Shown here in pieces: positions 43,536 through 52,967 of a stretch of DNA of 64,000 bases; positions within the stretch are counted from its first letter, which is position 1; the number at the start of each line of letters is the position of its first letter. Under the pieces are notes generated by a model, which worked only from the letters and a program-made list of their open reading frames with translations, made no database searches and was not told where the DNA came from. The position numbers were made by a program, and so were the translations under genes. The stretch spans positions 64,417 through 128,416 of the forward strand of contig JAKPTF010000097.1 in assembly GCA_029571225.1 (NCBI GenBank), read 5' to 3'. The stretch is from Candidatus Omnitrophota bacterium (GTDB taxonomy: Bacteria; Omnitrophota; Gorgyraeia; Gygaellales; Profunditerraquicolaceae).

Positions 43536-44282
43536 ATGAAAAGGTTTCCGTTCGTTCTAAAAATGTGTTTTGCATGTTTTCTGGCACTTGTTACGGCTGT
43601 AGTGTCGTACGCGCAGCCTCAACCCACGGCACAGGTAGATAATAACGCTGGAACCCAGGCAATGCCTCCTTACAGCGGCCCCAAGGCGAGGATCGCTGTA
43701 GCTGATTTCGACGTCAAGGCGGCTAAAGCTAACGGTGAGATCGGAACGGGGCTCCGTGAGATGATGGTAACGGCTCTTATGAATTCCAACAGGTTCCGCG
43801 TTGTGGAGCGCCAGGTTTTGAACGCGCTCATGCAGGAACAGGAACTCGCTTCATCAGGCGCGGCGCAGGCAGGCGGTGTTCAGCGTGGCCAGATTAAGAC
43901 GGCTGATATCATGATAACCGCCGCGGTCACCGAATTTGAGCCTGAGGCTTCGGGAGGAGCCGCTGGCCTGGGCGGAGGCGCCGGCATAGGCCGCGGGGTT
44001 CTCGGCGCGGTACTGGGAGGTTCAAGGAATAAAGCCCATATGGCTCTTGATATCCGCATACTCGACACGTCGACTTCGGAGATACTGGCAGCGACCCGCG
44101 TCCAGGGTCAGGCGACGGACATGCAGGGCGGCATACTCGCCGGTTTTCTCGGAAGCTGGGGGCTGGGCGCAGGCTTATCGGGGTATGCGAATACTCCCAT
44201 GGAAAAAGCTATACGCGTTTGCATCATCGAGGCGGTGAAATACATCTCGCAGCAGGTGCCCGCAAGTTATTATAAATATTGA
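43536..44282 (+). CDS. CsgG/HfaB-family periplasmic/outer-membrane protein
   Basis: AAAGGAG lies 5 nt upstream of the ATG at 43536. Signal peptide. RIAVADFD...G.GLREMMVTALMNSNRFRVVER..L..L..EQ matches the CsgG family. There is a Gly-rich insertion. Confidence 0.7.
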   Translation: MKRFPFVLKMCFACFLALVTAVVSYAQPQPTAQVDNNAGTQAMPPYSGPKARIAVADFDVKAAKANGEIGTGLREMMVTALMNSNRFRVVERQVLNALMQEQELASSGAAQAGGVQRGQIKTADIMITAAVTEFEPEASGGAAGLGGGAGIGRGVLGAVLGGSRNKAHMALDIRILDTSTSEILAATRVQGQATDMQGGILAGFLGSWGLGAGLSGYANTPMEKAIRVCIIEAVKYISQQVPASYYKY

Positions 44283-44794
44283 TGCCGAATGACAGGAAGA
44301 TATTTCACGGCAGGCTGCTAAAGCTGTATTCCCGCTCAATACGCCTGCCCAATGGTTTTGTTGCCGGATTCGAGATCATAAAACATCCGGGAGCGGCACT
44401 TGTCATTCCTTTCATGGACCGTGATACAGTTATCATGCTCCGGCAGCTGCGGCCCGTGATCGGCAGATATTTGTATGAACTGCCTGCCGGAACGCGCTCC
44501 GTGGGGGAATCGGCACGGAGGTGCGCGCTGCGCGAGATCATTGAAGAAACCGGGTTTTTAGCCGGGTCGCTAACGCGCGTAGGAACTATCTATCCGGTGC
44601 CTGGATATTCGACCGAAAAGATCGATATATTTTCTGCCCGGAGCCTGCGCAGAGCCGCTGTCAGGCCCGAGCAGGACGAGATACTGGAATGTATTCCGAT
44701 GGGCCGTGCCACGGTCCGGAGGATGTTTAAGTCAGGCATGATCGTCGACGCAAAGACGATCTGCGCTCTGTCATTTATCGGCTGGCTGAACTAA
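44279..44794 (+). CDS. NUDIX hydrolase (ADP-ribose pyrophosphatase-like)
   Basis: Nudix box: ELPAGTRSVGESARRCALREIIEETG. Confidence 0.8.
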   Translation: MMPNDRKIFHGRLLKLYSRSIRLPNGFVAGFEIIKHPGAALVIPFMDRDTVIMLRQLRPVIGRYLYELPAGTRSVGESARRCALREIIEETGFLAGSLTRVGTIYPVPGYSTEKIDIFSARSLRRAAVRPEQDEILECIPMGRATVRRMFKSGMIVDAKTICALSFIGWLN

Positions 44795-44807
44795 GAGCGT
44801 TTCACAA

Positions 44808-45590
44808 ATGCGCCTTGTTCGATGCAAATACAATTCGGCAATCCGCTGGGGTGTCCTGAAAGACTCCAGAGTCGCGCTCCTGAAAGAGCCGCCTTTTGAA
44901 AGGATCATCCCATCAAAAAAATCAATATCTCTTTCGAGGGTAAAATTAACTGTTCCCGCAGAACCCACGAAGATCGTGCTGGTCGGCCTCAATTACCGCG
45001 ACCATGCTGCCGAGTTGAACATGCCCCTGCCAATCGACCCTGTCATATTCCTGAAGCCCCCGACCGCGCTTCTTGCGCACGGACAGAAGATTGTCCTTCC
45101 AGGAGGCGTGGACCGTCTAGATTACGAGGCGGAGCTGGCGCTAGTTATCCGCAAAGAAGCCAAAAACGTTTCTGCCGAGGACGCTTTGAAATACATCCTC
45201 GGATACACCTGTTTGAATGACGTAACGGCGCGAGACGTGCAGAAAAAGGACGGTCAATGGACTCGCGCAAAATCATTCGATACGTTCTGTCCCGTAGGCC
45301 CATGGGTCGAGACGGATTTCGACCCGGGGAAAAGCACGGTTATCTGCCGTTTAAACGGGGCTGTGAGACAGCGGTCACAGACGACAAACCTCATCTTTTC
45401 CGTTCCGTACCTTGTGTCGTTTGTATCTCGGGTCATGAGGCTTTTCCCGGGAGACATCATCTCAACGGGCACGCCGCCCGGAGTGGGAGCAATGAAGCCC
45501 GGGGATCATGTCGAAGTTGAGGTCTGCGGTATCGGGGTATTAAAGAATTCCGTGGTATCTGAGAATAAAGCGAAGCGTTCACATAGATAA
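44808..45590 (+). CDS. fumarylacetoacetate hydrolase family protein
   Basis: VGLNYRDHAAE, LDYEAELALVI, NDVTARD, K..D.F.P.GPW and PGD.I.TGTP.GVG. Confidence 0.85.
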   Translation: MRLVRCKYNSAIRWGVLKDSRVALLKEPPFERIIPSKKSISLSRVKLTVPAEPTKIVLVGLNYRDHAAELNMPLPIDPVIFLKPPTALLAHGQKIVLPGGVDRLDYEAELALVIRKEAKNVSAEDALKYILGYTCLNDVTARDVQKKDGQWTRAKSFDTFCPVGPWVETDFDPGKSTVICRLNGAVRQRSQTTNLIFSVPYLVSFVSRVMRLFPGDIISTGTPPGVGAMKPGDHVEVEVCGIGVLKNSVVSENKAKRSHR

Positions 45591-45695
45591 CCGGGGTATG
45601 GGGCATCAAAGGCTCACGGCAGCGGGAACCTGATGATCCGCGCCGGGCCCGAGGCCTCAAAGCGGTCTGGAGGTCACCAGAACAGGAGGGTTGAA

Positions 45696-45866
45696 ATGCT
45701 CGGAATACCGGATCCTGGCGTGTGGATGGCGTACCTGTTGTGCATCGTCAGCGTCGTGATCAGTATCTGGTACGGCGCTGCGAACTGGAATAAAGGGGAT
45801 GAGCCCGTGTATCCTGAAGACGTCAAATGGGTAAAGGATGAAAAAGAAGCAAAAGAGGAATTTTAA
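45696..45866 (+). CDS. small membrane protein preceding the symporter (symporter accessory subunit-like)
   Basis: AGGAGGG upstream of the ATG at 45696. One TM helix (VWMAYLLCIVSVVISIWYG). Ends 18 nt before the symporter start. Confidence 0.5.
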   Translation: MLGIPDPGVWMAYLLCIVSVVISIWYGAANWNKGDEPVYPEDVKWVKDEKEAKEEF

Positions 45867-45884
45867 CCTTTGACCGGAGGATAT

Positions 45885-47486
45885 ATGGAAAACATTACTC
45901 TTTTAACTCTCATCGTCGTAGCATATCTTTTCATCATAGGGTATCTCGGGTATTACGGATACCGCAGGACCAAGAATGCCCTGGATTACCTGGTAGCCGG
46001 CCGCAGCGCGCATCCGGTGGTTATGGCCCTGTCCTACGGCGCGACATTCATCTCGACGTCCGCCATCGTGGGTTTCGGCGGAGCCGCGGGGCTGTTCGGC
46101 ATGGGGCTTTTGTGGCTGACGTTCCTCAATATTTTCGTCGGCATCGTCATCGCGTTCATCGTGTTCGGCAAACGCACGAGAAAAATGGGGCATAACCTTG
46201 ACGTCCATACGTTCCCGGAACTGCTGGGAAGGCGTTTCAAATCGACGTTCATCCAGGGGTTCAGCGGCATGGTCATCTTCCTTTTCATGCCCATATACGC
46301 CGCGGCGGTCCTGATAGGCGCGGCCCGGTTCCTTGAAGCTACGTTCCCCAGCTATATCAATTATAACGTGGCGGTCCTTATTTATACGCTGATAATATGC
46401 GCGTACGTGCTTGCAGGCGGGTTAAAGGGCGTCATGTACACCGACGCTCTGCAGGGCAGCATCATGTTCGTCGGCATGGCAATATTGCTTGTGTTCACGT
46501 ATGTGAAATTAGGCGGCGTCGTCGTCGCGCACCAGGCATTGACCGCGATCGCTGATAAGGTGCCGCAGAACCTGGTCGCGCAGGGCCATCGGGGATGGAC
46601 CGCTATGCCCGCTCTCGGCTCGCCCTTATGGTGGTCGCTCGTATCGACGATCGTCATGGGCGTGGGCATCGGGGTGCTCGCGCAGCCGCAGCTTGCGGTA
46701 AGGTTTATGACCGTGAAAAGCAATAAGGAGCTTAACCGTGCGGTTATGATCGGAGGGATCTTTATCCTGATGATGACGGGCGTGGCGTTCGTGGTCGGAG
46801 CTCTCACCAACGTGTATTTTCTGGATCATCCCGCGTTCGGAAAAATCGCCGTCGCAGCAGCGGGCGGCAACATCGACAAGATAATCCCTACCTATATCAA
46901 CGCGGCGTTGCCCACATGGTTCGTGTATGTGTTTATGCTCACGCTTTTATCAGCGGCAATGTCCACGTCGAGCTCGCAGTTCCATACGCTGGGAAGCGCG
47001 TTTGGCAGGGATTTTGTCGAAAAATCGGTCCTGGCAGGAAGGCAGTTCAAATACACGGTCGGGATTACCCGGATCGGCATCGTGCTGGGAGTGTTTGTCA
47101 CGGTTTTGCTCGGGTTCAAACTGCCGGATAATGTCATCGCTGTCGCAACGGCTATCTTTTTTGGCCTGTGCGCGACGACGTTCCTCCCTTCGTATATAGG
47201 AGCCCTTTTCTGGAAAGGCATGACCAAACAGGGGGCGATCGCCAGCATGATGGTCGGTTTTCTCGGAAGCGCGTTCTGGCTGTTGTTCATCCATCAGAAG
47301 GAAGCGGTTGCCCTGGGGCTGTGCAAGTTCATATTCAACAAGCCCTGCCTCGCGGTTCATCCGTGGAACGTCGTGGACCCGATCGTCGTCATTCTGCCGC
47401 TGTCGCTGGCCACAGCATTCGGGGTGAGCCTGTTCACCAAAAAAATGTCGAAGGAGCACGTCGAGGCATGTTTCAAACATATATAA
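45885..47486 (+). CDS. sodium:solute symporter family transporter
   Basis: GGAGGA upstream. About 13 TM segments. The N-terminal YLVAGRS motif is typical of the SSF family. Confidence 0.85.
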   Translation: MENITLLTLIVVAYLFIIGYLGYYGYRRTKNALDYLVAGRSAHPVVMALSYGATFISTSAIVGFGGAAGLFGMGLLWLTFLNIFVGIVIAFIVFGKRTRKMGHNLDVHTFPELLGRRFKSTFIQGFSGMVIFLFMPIYAAAVLIGAARFLEATFPSYINYNVAVLIYTLIICAYVLAGGLKGVMYTDALQGSIMFVGMAILLVFTYVKLGGVVVAHQALTAIADKVPQNLVAQGHRGWTAMPALGSPLWWSLVSTIVMGVGIGVLAQPQLAVRFMTVKSNKELNRAVMIGGIFILMMTGVAFVVGALTNVYFLDHPAFGKIAVAAAGGNIDKIIPTYINAALPTWFVYVFMLTLLSAAMSTSSSQFHTLGSAFGRDFVEKSVLAGRQFKYTVGITRIGIVLGVFVTVLLGFKLPDNVIAVATAIFFGLCATTFLPSYIGALFWKGMTKQGAIASMMVGFLGSAFWLLFIHQKEAVALGLCKFIFNKPCLAVHPWNVVDPIVVILPLSLATAFGVSLFTKKMSKEHVEACFKHI

Positions 47487-47497
47487 AGGAGGATGGT

Positions 47498-48862
47498 ATG
47501 CGCAGATCAGTTACCGTACTTATACTTATGGCGTTTATTGCGGCGGTCGGATTGATGTCCGCACAGGCCCAGGATGACGCGGTCAAGCTTAAAGGCGGCG
47601 TGTATGAAAGGATCCGCCATGAATATTGGAAGAACAACCAGGATATGGAGGATACATATTACGGAGGCGGAGACCGTAATTTTTTCAGGTTCAAGACGAG
47701 CCTCTGGGGCCAGGTGGATTATGAAGAGACCTTTTCGTTGTTCGGAAAGCTGACCAATGAGATTAAGAGCTATAATCTTCTTGGTTCAGGAGGCCGCAAG
47801 GTCTATTACAGCGATCATCGCCACTGGGACCCTGACGAGACCATCTTCGACAACCTTTATATCGACGTGAAAAGACCGGCTGACATACCGGTCAGCTTCA
47901 GGATCGGCCGCCAGGACCTGCTCAACCAGTACGGGGAGAATTTCCTTATCTGCGACGGCACGCCCGGCGACGGCTCCCGCACTTTCTACTTTAATGCGTT
48001 GAAGGCTAGCTGGTACATGGACGGCGAGAATACCCTTGATATGATGTACATGAAGACCCCGCGCGACGACCAGTGGCTGCCGGTTATCAACGAGGATAAG
48101 AACCCGGTTGTGCTGACCACGACCGCGGAAGAGGGTTTCGCGTTTTACTGGAAGAACAAGTCCGTAAAGAACCTGGCACTGGAGCCGTATTTCATGTATA
48201 AGCATGAAGATGACGATTACGGCAGCGGGTATCAGTCAAAATCTAGCAAGATAAGGACCGTGGGCGCGTTCAGCAAATACAGCATCGCGCCGTGGACGCT
48301 GCACGGACAACTTGCGCACCAGTCAGGCGAATACGGCGACGATGACAGGCAGGCAGTGGGCGGGTATTTGTTTGCTGATCTCAACCTGAATGATTCAGAA
48401 ATGAATCCTGTTTTGAACGCCGGATACGTTTACCTGTCAGGGAACAAGCAGAGGACGCCGAAGCAAGAAGGCTGGAATCCTCTGTGGTGCAGGTTCCCCA
48501 TCTACTCTGAATTGTACGCGCAGGCGTTTCAGTATGAGTCAGGAAATTCCTATTGGACTAACCTGTCGATGTACCGTATAGGCGTCACGCTAATTCCGTT
48601 CAAGCAGGCTAAGTTCAATCTCAATTACAGCTTCCTGCGCGCCAATGAGCTTGTCGCGGCGAATGCCACGGGCAATCTGTCAGGAACTGGAAAAAACAGG
48701 GGGCATTTGATAATCGGAAAGCTCGATTATACGTTTAACAAGAATATATCATCTTACTTACTGGGAGAATACTTCATACCGAACCACGGGAGCAACGGAT
48801 TCTATACGGACGCCGCAGATCCGGCTATTTTTATCCGTACCCAGCTCGAACTCAAGTTCTAA
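47498..48862 (+). CDS. outer-membrane beta-barrel porin (alginate-export-like)
   Basis: AAGGAGG upstream of the ATG at 47498. Signal peptide ending AQA. Beta-strand periodicity. C-terminal ...QLELKF. The longer track ORF from 47168 overlaps the symporter and is rejected. Confidence 0.55.
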   Translation: MRRSVTVLILMAFIAAVGLMSAQAQDDAVKLKGGVYERIRHEYWKNNQDMEDTYYGGGDRNFFRFKTSLWGQVDYEETFSLFGKLTNEIKSYNLLGSGGRKVYYSDHRHWDPDETIFDNLYIDVKRPADIPVSFRIGRQDLLNQYGENFLICDGTPGDGSRTFYFNALKASWYMDGENTLDMMYMKTPRDDQWLPVINEDKNPVVLTTTAEEGFAFYWKNKSVKNLALEPYFMYKHEDDDYGSGYQSKSSKIRTVGAFSKYSIAPWTLHGQLAHQSGEYGDDDRQAVGGYLFADLNLNDSEMNPVLNAGYVYLSGNKQRTPKQEGWNPLWCRFPIYSELYAQAFQYESGNSYWTNLSMYRIGVTLIPFKQAKFNLNYSFLRANELVAANATGNLSGTGKNRGHLIIGKLDYTFNKNISSYLLGEYFIPNHGSNGFYTDAADPAIFIRTQLELKF

Positions 48863-48867
48863 CAATT

Positions 48868-48992
48868 GAAGACGCTTTAGCTAACATTTTGGTGGATAAG
48901 AGATTACAAAACAATTCCGACTGTTTGTTAAATTGGGCAATAAAGAATTTATTTGCAAGATATTAATCCACAGTATGTTAGCTAAAACGTCC
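48868..48992. repeat. MITE-like element, copy B (125 bp)
   Basis: GAAGACGCTTTAGCTAAC ... GTTAGCTAAAACGTCC with a 91-nt core. See copy A at 34453-34579. Confidence 0.75.
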
Positions 48993-49000
48993 AGTATTTT

Positions 49001-50725
49001 ATGATTGAATTTTTAGCAGGAGATGAGGCGCTGGCGCAGGGGGCTTATGAGGCAGGATTACAGTTTGCCGCTTCATATCCAGGCACGCCCGCGACCGAGG
49101 TGCTCGAATATCTGGCAAAATTACCTGACGTTGACGCGCAATGGTCGGTTAACGAAAAGGTCGCCTTCGAGGTGGCACTCGCCAGCGCTATCGCTGGAAA
49201 GCGGTCGTTGTATTCGTCAAAGCACGTCGGCTTGAACGTTGCAATGGACCCGCTCATGACCTCGGCGTACACAGGCGTCAATGCCGGATTCATCGTCGTG
49301 ATCTCCGACGATCCCGGCATCCATTCATCGCAGAACGAGCAGGATACCCGCATTTTCAGCCGCGTCGCAAAGATCCCGATGCTCGAGCCGTCCAGCCCTC
49401 TTGAGTGTTATCAGTACGCCCCGGCAGCGTTCAAGATCAGCGAGGATTTCGATACCCCGGTCATGATACGGCTCACGACGCGGGTCGCCCACACAAAAGA
49501 GAATATCGCGGTTTCCGGAAAACGCAAGGCGGCCCAAAAGGAATTCAGGATCGACGTGCCGAAATACGTCATGGTGCCGCGCAACGCATACAAAAAGCAT
49601 ATTATACTCGAAAAAAAACTCGCCCGCCTTCGGAAATACTCAAATAAAACCCCCCTGAACAGCATCGAATTGAACAAGCGTTCGATCGGCTTTATCACCA
49701 GCGGCGTCTCCTATTTATATGTCAAAGAGACGTATCCGGATGCCTCGGTGCTGAAGCTGGGAATGCCGTATCCTTTTCCCGATGAAAAGATCAGGGAGTT
49801 TGCTTCAAAGGTAAAAAAGGTTTTTGTCATCGAAGAGCTCGAGCCGTTTCTCGAAGAAGAACTTCAGAGGCTCGGCGTACGGGCAAAGGCCAAAAGCAGC
49901 TCCTTTCGGATAGGGGAGTTGAGGCCGGAATCAATCCCTGCCATCGTCGCGGGCAAGAAGAAGGTCGAAGAAGAACCAACATCGCGCAAGCCGGTGCTGT
50001 GCCCGGGCTGTCCGCATCGGGGGGTATTCAGCGTTTTGAGGTCGTTAAAGCTGACCGTTGCCGGAGATATCGGCTGTTATACGCTCGGCGCTCTTCCGCC
50101 TCTGGGCGCCTTGCATTCCTGTCTGTGCATGGGTACAGGAGTCACGTTTTTTGACGGATTCTCAAGGGCCCTGGGCAATAACGTCGTGGGCGTGATCGGC
50201 GATTCCACGTTCGTGCATTCAGGCATCACTGGACTGGTCAACGCGGCCTACAACAGGACAAAAGGCGTCATCATCATCCTTGACAATTCTACTACCGCAA
50301 TGACCGGCAGCCAGCCGCATCCCGCAACAGGGCTGACGGCCAGAGGCGAACAGACAAAGAAGCTTGTCCTTGAGGACCTGTGCAGGGCCTGCGGCGCAGA
50401 CTTTGTCGATGTGATCGATCCGTTCAAGACAGCCGAATTGAAGGCGCTTGTCAAACAACGCCTTGATGGAAAAGCGTTATCGGTTATAATAGCGCGTTAT
50501 CCCTGCCGCCTGATTGACCGCACCCGCGCCGCGGCGCCTAAGATCGATGCGTCTAAATGCAAGAAATGTTACCAGTGCCTTGCGGTCAACTGCCCGGCTA
50601 TATCCAGAACCGAAGACGGGTTTATCGCAATCGACGCGCAGACCTGCACGGGCTGCAACGTCTGCGTCAACGCGTGCAGTTTCGGCGCGCTCATTAAACA
50701 CCAGATCCGTTCCCAGGAGCCATGA
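49001..50725 (+). CDS. iorA: indolepyruvate:ferredoxin oxidoreductase alpha subunit
   Basis: N-terminal G.EALAQGAYEAG...ASYPGTPATEV, a TPP-binding GDSTF.H.G region, and two C-terminal 4Fe-4S motifs (CKKCYQC..NCP; CTGCNVCVNAC). Confidence 0.9.
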   Translation: MIEFLAGDEALAQGAYEAGLQFAASYPGTPATEVLEYLAKLPDVDAQWSVNEKVAFEVALASAIAGKRSLYSSKHVGLNVAMDPLMTSAYTGVNAGFIVVISDDPGIHSSQNEQDTRIFSRVAKIPMLEPSSPLECYQYAPAAFKISEDFDTPVMIRLTTRVAHTKENIAVSGKRKAAQKEFRIDVPKYVMVPRNAYKKHIILEKKLARLRKYSNKTPLNSIELNKRSIGFITSGVSYLYVKETYPDASVLKLGMPYPFPDEKIREFASKVKKVFVIEELEPFLEEELQRLGVRAKAKSSSFRIGELRPESIPAIVAGKKKVEEEPTSRKPVLCPGCPHRGVFSVLRSLKLTVAGDIGCYTLGALPPLGALHSCLCMGTGVTFFDGFSRALGNNVVGVIGDSTFVHSGITGLVNAAYNRTKGVIIILDNSTTAMTGSQPHPATGLTARGEQTKKLVLEDLCRACGADFVDVIDPFKTAELKALVKQRLDGKALSVIIARYPCRLIDRTRAAAPKIDASKCKKCYQCLAVNCPAISRTEDGFIAIDAQTCTGCNVCVNACSFGALIKHQIRSQEP

Positions 50726-51219
50726 AGAGACCCGTGCCTAGGATATTGACGACGAGCATCCTGTTCTGCGGAACAGGAGGCCAGGGTGTTTTGTCCGCTG
50801 CGGAGGTCCTCGGCTGGGCTGCGATCTACGACGGGTATCATGTCAAGAAGTCAGAGGTGCACGGCATGGCGCAGAGGGGCGGTTCAGTCGAATCGCATGT
50901 GCGCTTCGGGCCCCGCGTGTTCTCACCGCTCATTCCCGCGGGTCGGGCGGATTATCTTGTGTCTTTCCTCAAAGAAGAAGGCCTGCGCATGAAACCGATG
51001 CTGCGCAAGGGGGGCGTTGATCTGACCGCCGAACTGGAGCAGGGCAGCAGCCATTGCGACGATAAACGTTATTTTAACAGTTATCTCCTCGGAGTTCTTT
51101 CGCGCCGTCTGTCAATCCGCATTGAAAGCTGGTTCTCGGCGATAGACCACGTGTTCGGAAAGAAGAACCCGCAGGCGAACAGAAACGCGTTTTTGCGAGG
51201 AAGGGGTGAGATGAAATGA
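50722..51219 (+). CDS. iorB: indolepyruvate oxidoreductase beta subunit
   Basis: Overlaps the iorA stop. GTGGQGVLSAAEVLG...EVHGMAQRGGSV is typical of the IorB/gamma-domain family. Confidence 0.85.
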   Translation: MKRPVPRILTTSILFCGTGGQGVLSAAEVLGWAAIYDGYHVKKSEVHGMAQRGGSVESHVRFGPRVFSPLIPAGRADYLVSFLKEEGLRMKPMLRKGGVDLTAELEQGSSHCDDKRYFNSYLLGVLSRRLSIRIESWFSAIDHVFGKKNPQANRNAFLRGRGEMK

Positions 51220-52517
51220 TCTGGAACGAGAAGATGGAATGCATGAAGCCGGAGGAACTCAAGAACATCCAGTCGGAAAGGCTCCGGAGCCTGGTCGCCT
51301 ATATCCATAAAAATTCTCCCGCTTACGCGGCAAAGCTCGATGCCTTCGGCATATCGCCCAAGGACATCAAGACGATCGACGATATAAAAAAACTTCCCTT
51401 CACGGTCAAAGACGACCTGCGCGACAGCTATCCCTTCGGCCTTTTCTCCCGGCAGATCAAGGATATCAGTGAGATCCACGTGTCAAGCGGCACGACCGGC
51501 AACCCTACGGTTGTCGGATACACGAAGGATGACCTGAAGCTCTGGGCAGAGGTCATGGCGCGCGTGCTGTGCTGCGCCGGCGCTGTTCCCGGCGATATGA
51601 TCCAGGTCGCCTACGGTTACGGGCTTTTCACCGGAGGGCTGGGATTCCATTACGGAGCGCTCGAAATGGGGCTCTCGGTCATCCCGGCATCTTCGGGGCA
51701 GACCAAGCGTCAGCTCAAGATCATGCAGGATTTCAAACCCAGGATCCTGGGCTGCACTCCCAGCTATGCGCTGTATATGGCAGAAGAGGCAAAATCCATC
51801 GGCATCAAGCCCAGGGACGCGTCATGGAAAATCGGGATATTCGGAGCTGAGCCCTGGAGCGAGGGTATGAGAAAGGCGCTTGAATCCACATATGACATGA
51901 TAGCAACCGACGTCTATGGGTTGTCCGAGATCATCGGCCCGGGCGTCGCGCAGGAATGTCAGCATAAAAACGGGCTGCATCTTTTCTCGGACGTGTTTTA
52001 TCCGGAGGTTATAGACCCCAAGACCGGCACGGAGGTCAAGGAAGGCAGCAAGGGAGAGCTTGTCATCACGACGCTTACAAAACAGGGGCTGCCGCTTATC
52101 CGTTATCGTACCCGCGACATCGTCGCGATAAAATACGAGAAATGTAAATGCGGCAGGACCAGCCCACGCATCTCCAAGATATCGGGCCGCACCGACGATA
52201 TGATCATCGTGCGGGGCATCAACGTGTTCCCGTCTCAGATCGAGCACGTGCTTCTGGGCATCGAAGGCACGCAGCCGCATTACCAGCTTGTCGTTGACCG
52301 CAAGGTCGGCGACCTGGATGAGCTTGAGGTCCTGGTTGAAGTCGAGGAAAAGATATTCTCCGACGAGATCAAGAAACTTCGCGGCCTGGAAGAGAAGATC
52401 AAGAAGGAGATCGAGTCGATCCTGGGAGTCCTGGTTAAGGTGCGCCTTGTCGAGCCCAGGACCATCGAGCGCAGCGAGGGCAAGGCCAAGCGCGTCATAG
52501 ACAAACGAGTGCTGTAA
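51216..52517 (+). CDS. paaK: phenylacetate-CoA ligase family protein (copy 1)
   Basis: LPFT.K.DLRD.YPFG, SSGTTG.PTV, YGLSE, RYRTRD, and GR.DDM.IVRG.NVFPSQIE. Confidence 0.9.
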   Translation: MIWNEKMECMKPEELKNIQSERLRSLVAYIHKNSPAYAAKLDAFGISPKDIKTIDDIKKLPFTVKDDLRDSYPFGLFSRQIKDISEIHVSSGTTGNPTVVGYTKDDLKLWAEVMARVLCCAGAVPGDMIQVAYGYGLFTGGLGFHYGALEMGLSVIPASSGQTKRQLKIMQDFKPRILGCTPSYALYMAEEAKSIGIKPRDASWKIGIFGAEPWSEGMRKALESTYDMIATDVYGLSEIIGPGVAQECQHKNGLHLFSDVFYPEVIDPKTGTEVKEGSKGELVITTLTKQGLPLIRYRTRDIVAIKYEKCKCGRTSPRISKISGRTDDMIIVRGINVFPSQIEHVLLGIEGTQPHYQLVVDRKVGDLDELEVLVEVEEKIFSDEIKKLRGLEEKIKKEIESILGVLVKVRLVEPRTIERSEGKAKRVIDKRVL

Positions 52518-52535
52518 ACCATAAAGGAGCCTGCG

Positions 52536-52967
52536 ATGAAGCTTATACAGATATCTATATTCCTGGAAAACAAGAAGGGGCGTCTGCTTGAGGTGTGCTC
52601 GCTTCTGGGCGAGAACAAGATAAATCTGCGGGCGCTGACAGTTGCCGAGAGCGATAATTTCGGCGTGCTGCGGCTGGTTGTGGACAAGCCGCAGGAGGCG
52701 ACTACAATCCTAAAGGCCAAAGGGTTCGTGGCCAATCTCACCGAGATCGTAGCAGTCGAGGTCCCGGATAAACCGGGCGGCCTCGCCGAGGTGCTCAGGA
52801 TTCTCTCAAAGCACAATATCAACGTCGAATACATGTACGGCTTTCTCGAACGCGCCTCGACCCGTGCGCTTCTGGTGTTCAGGTTTGACAATCCCGATAC
52901 CGCGATCGAGGTGCTCAAGGCGAACAAAATACGCGTTGTCGGTCAGAAGGACATGAGGGCTTTGTGA
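52536..52967 (+). CDS. ACT domain-containing protein
   Basis: Two ACT-like units (ISIFLENKKGRL; VAVEVPDKPGGLAEV). Confidence 0.75.
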   Translation: MKLIQISIFLENKKGRLLEVCSLLGENKINLRALTVAESDNFGVLRLVVDKPQEATTILKAKGFVANLTEIVAVEVPDKPGGLAEVLRILSKHNINVEYMYGFLERASTRALLVFRFDNPDTAIEVLKANKIRVVGQKDMRAL

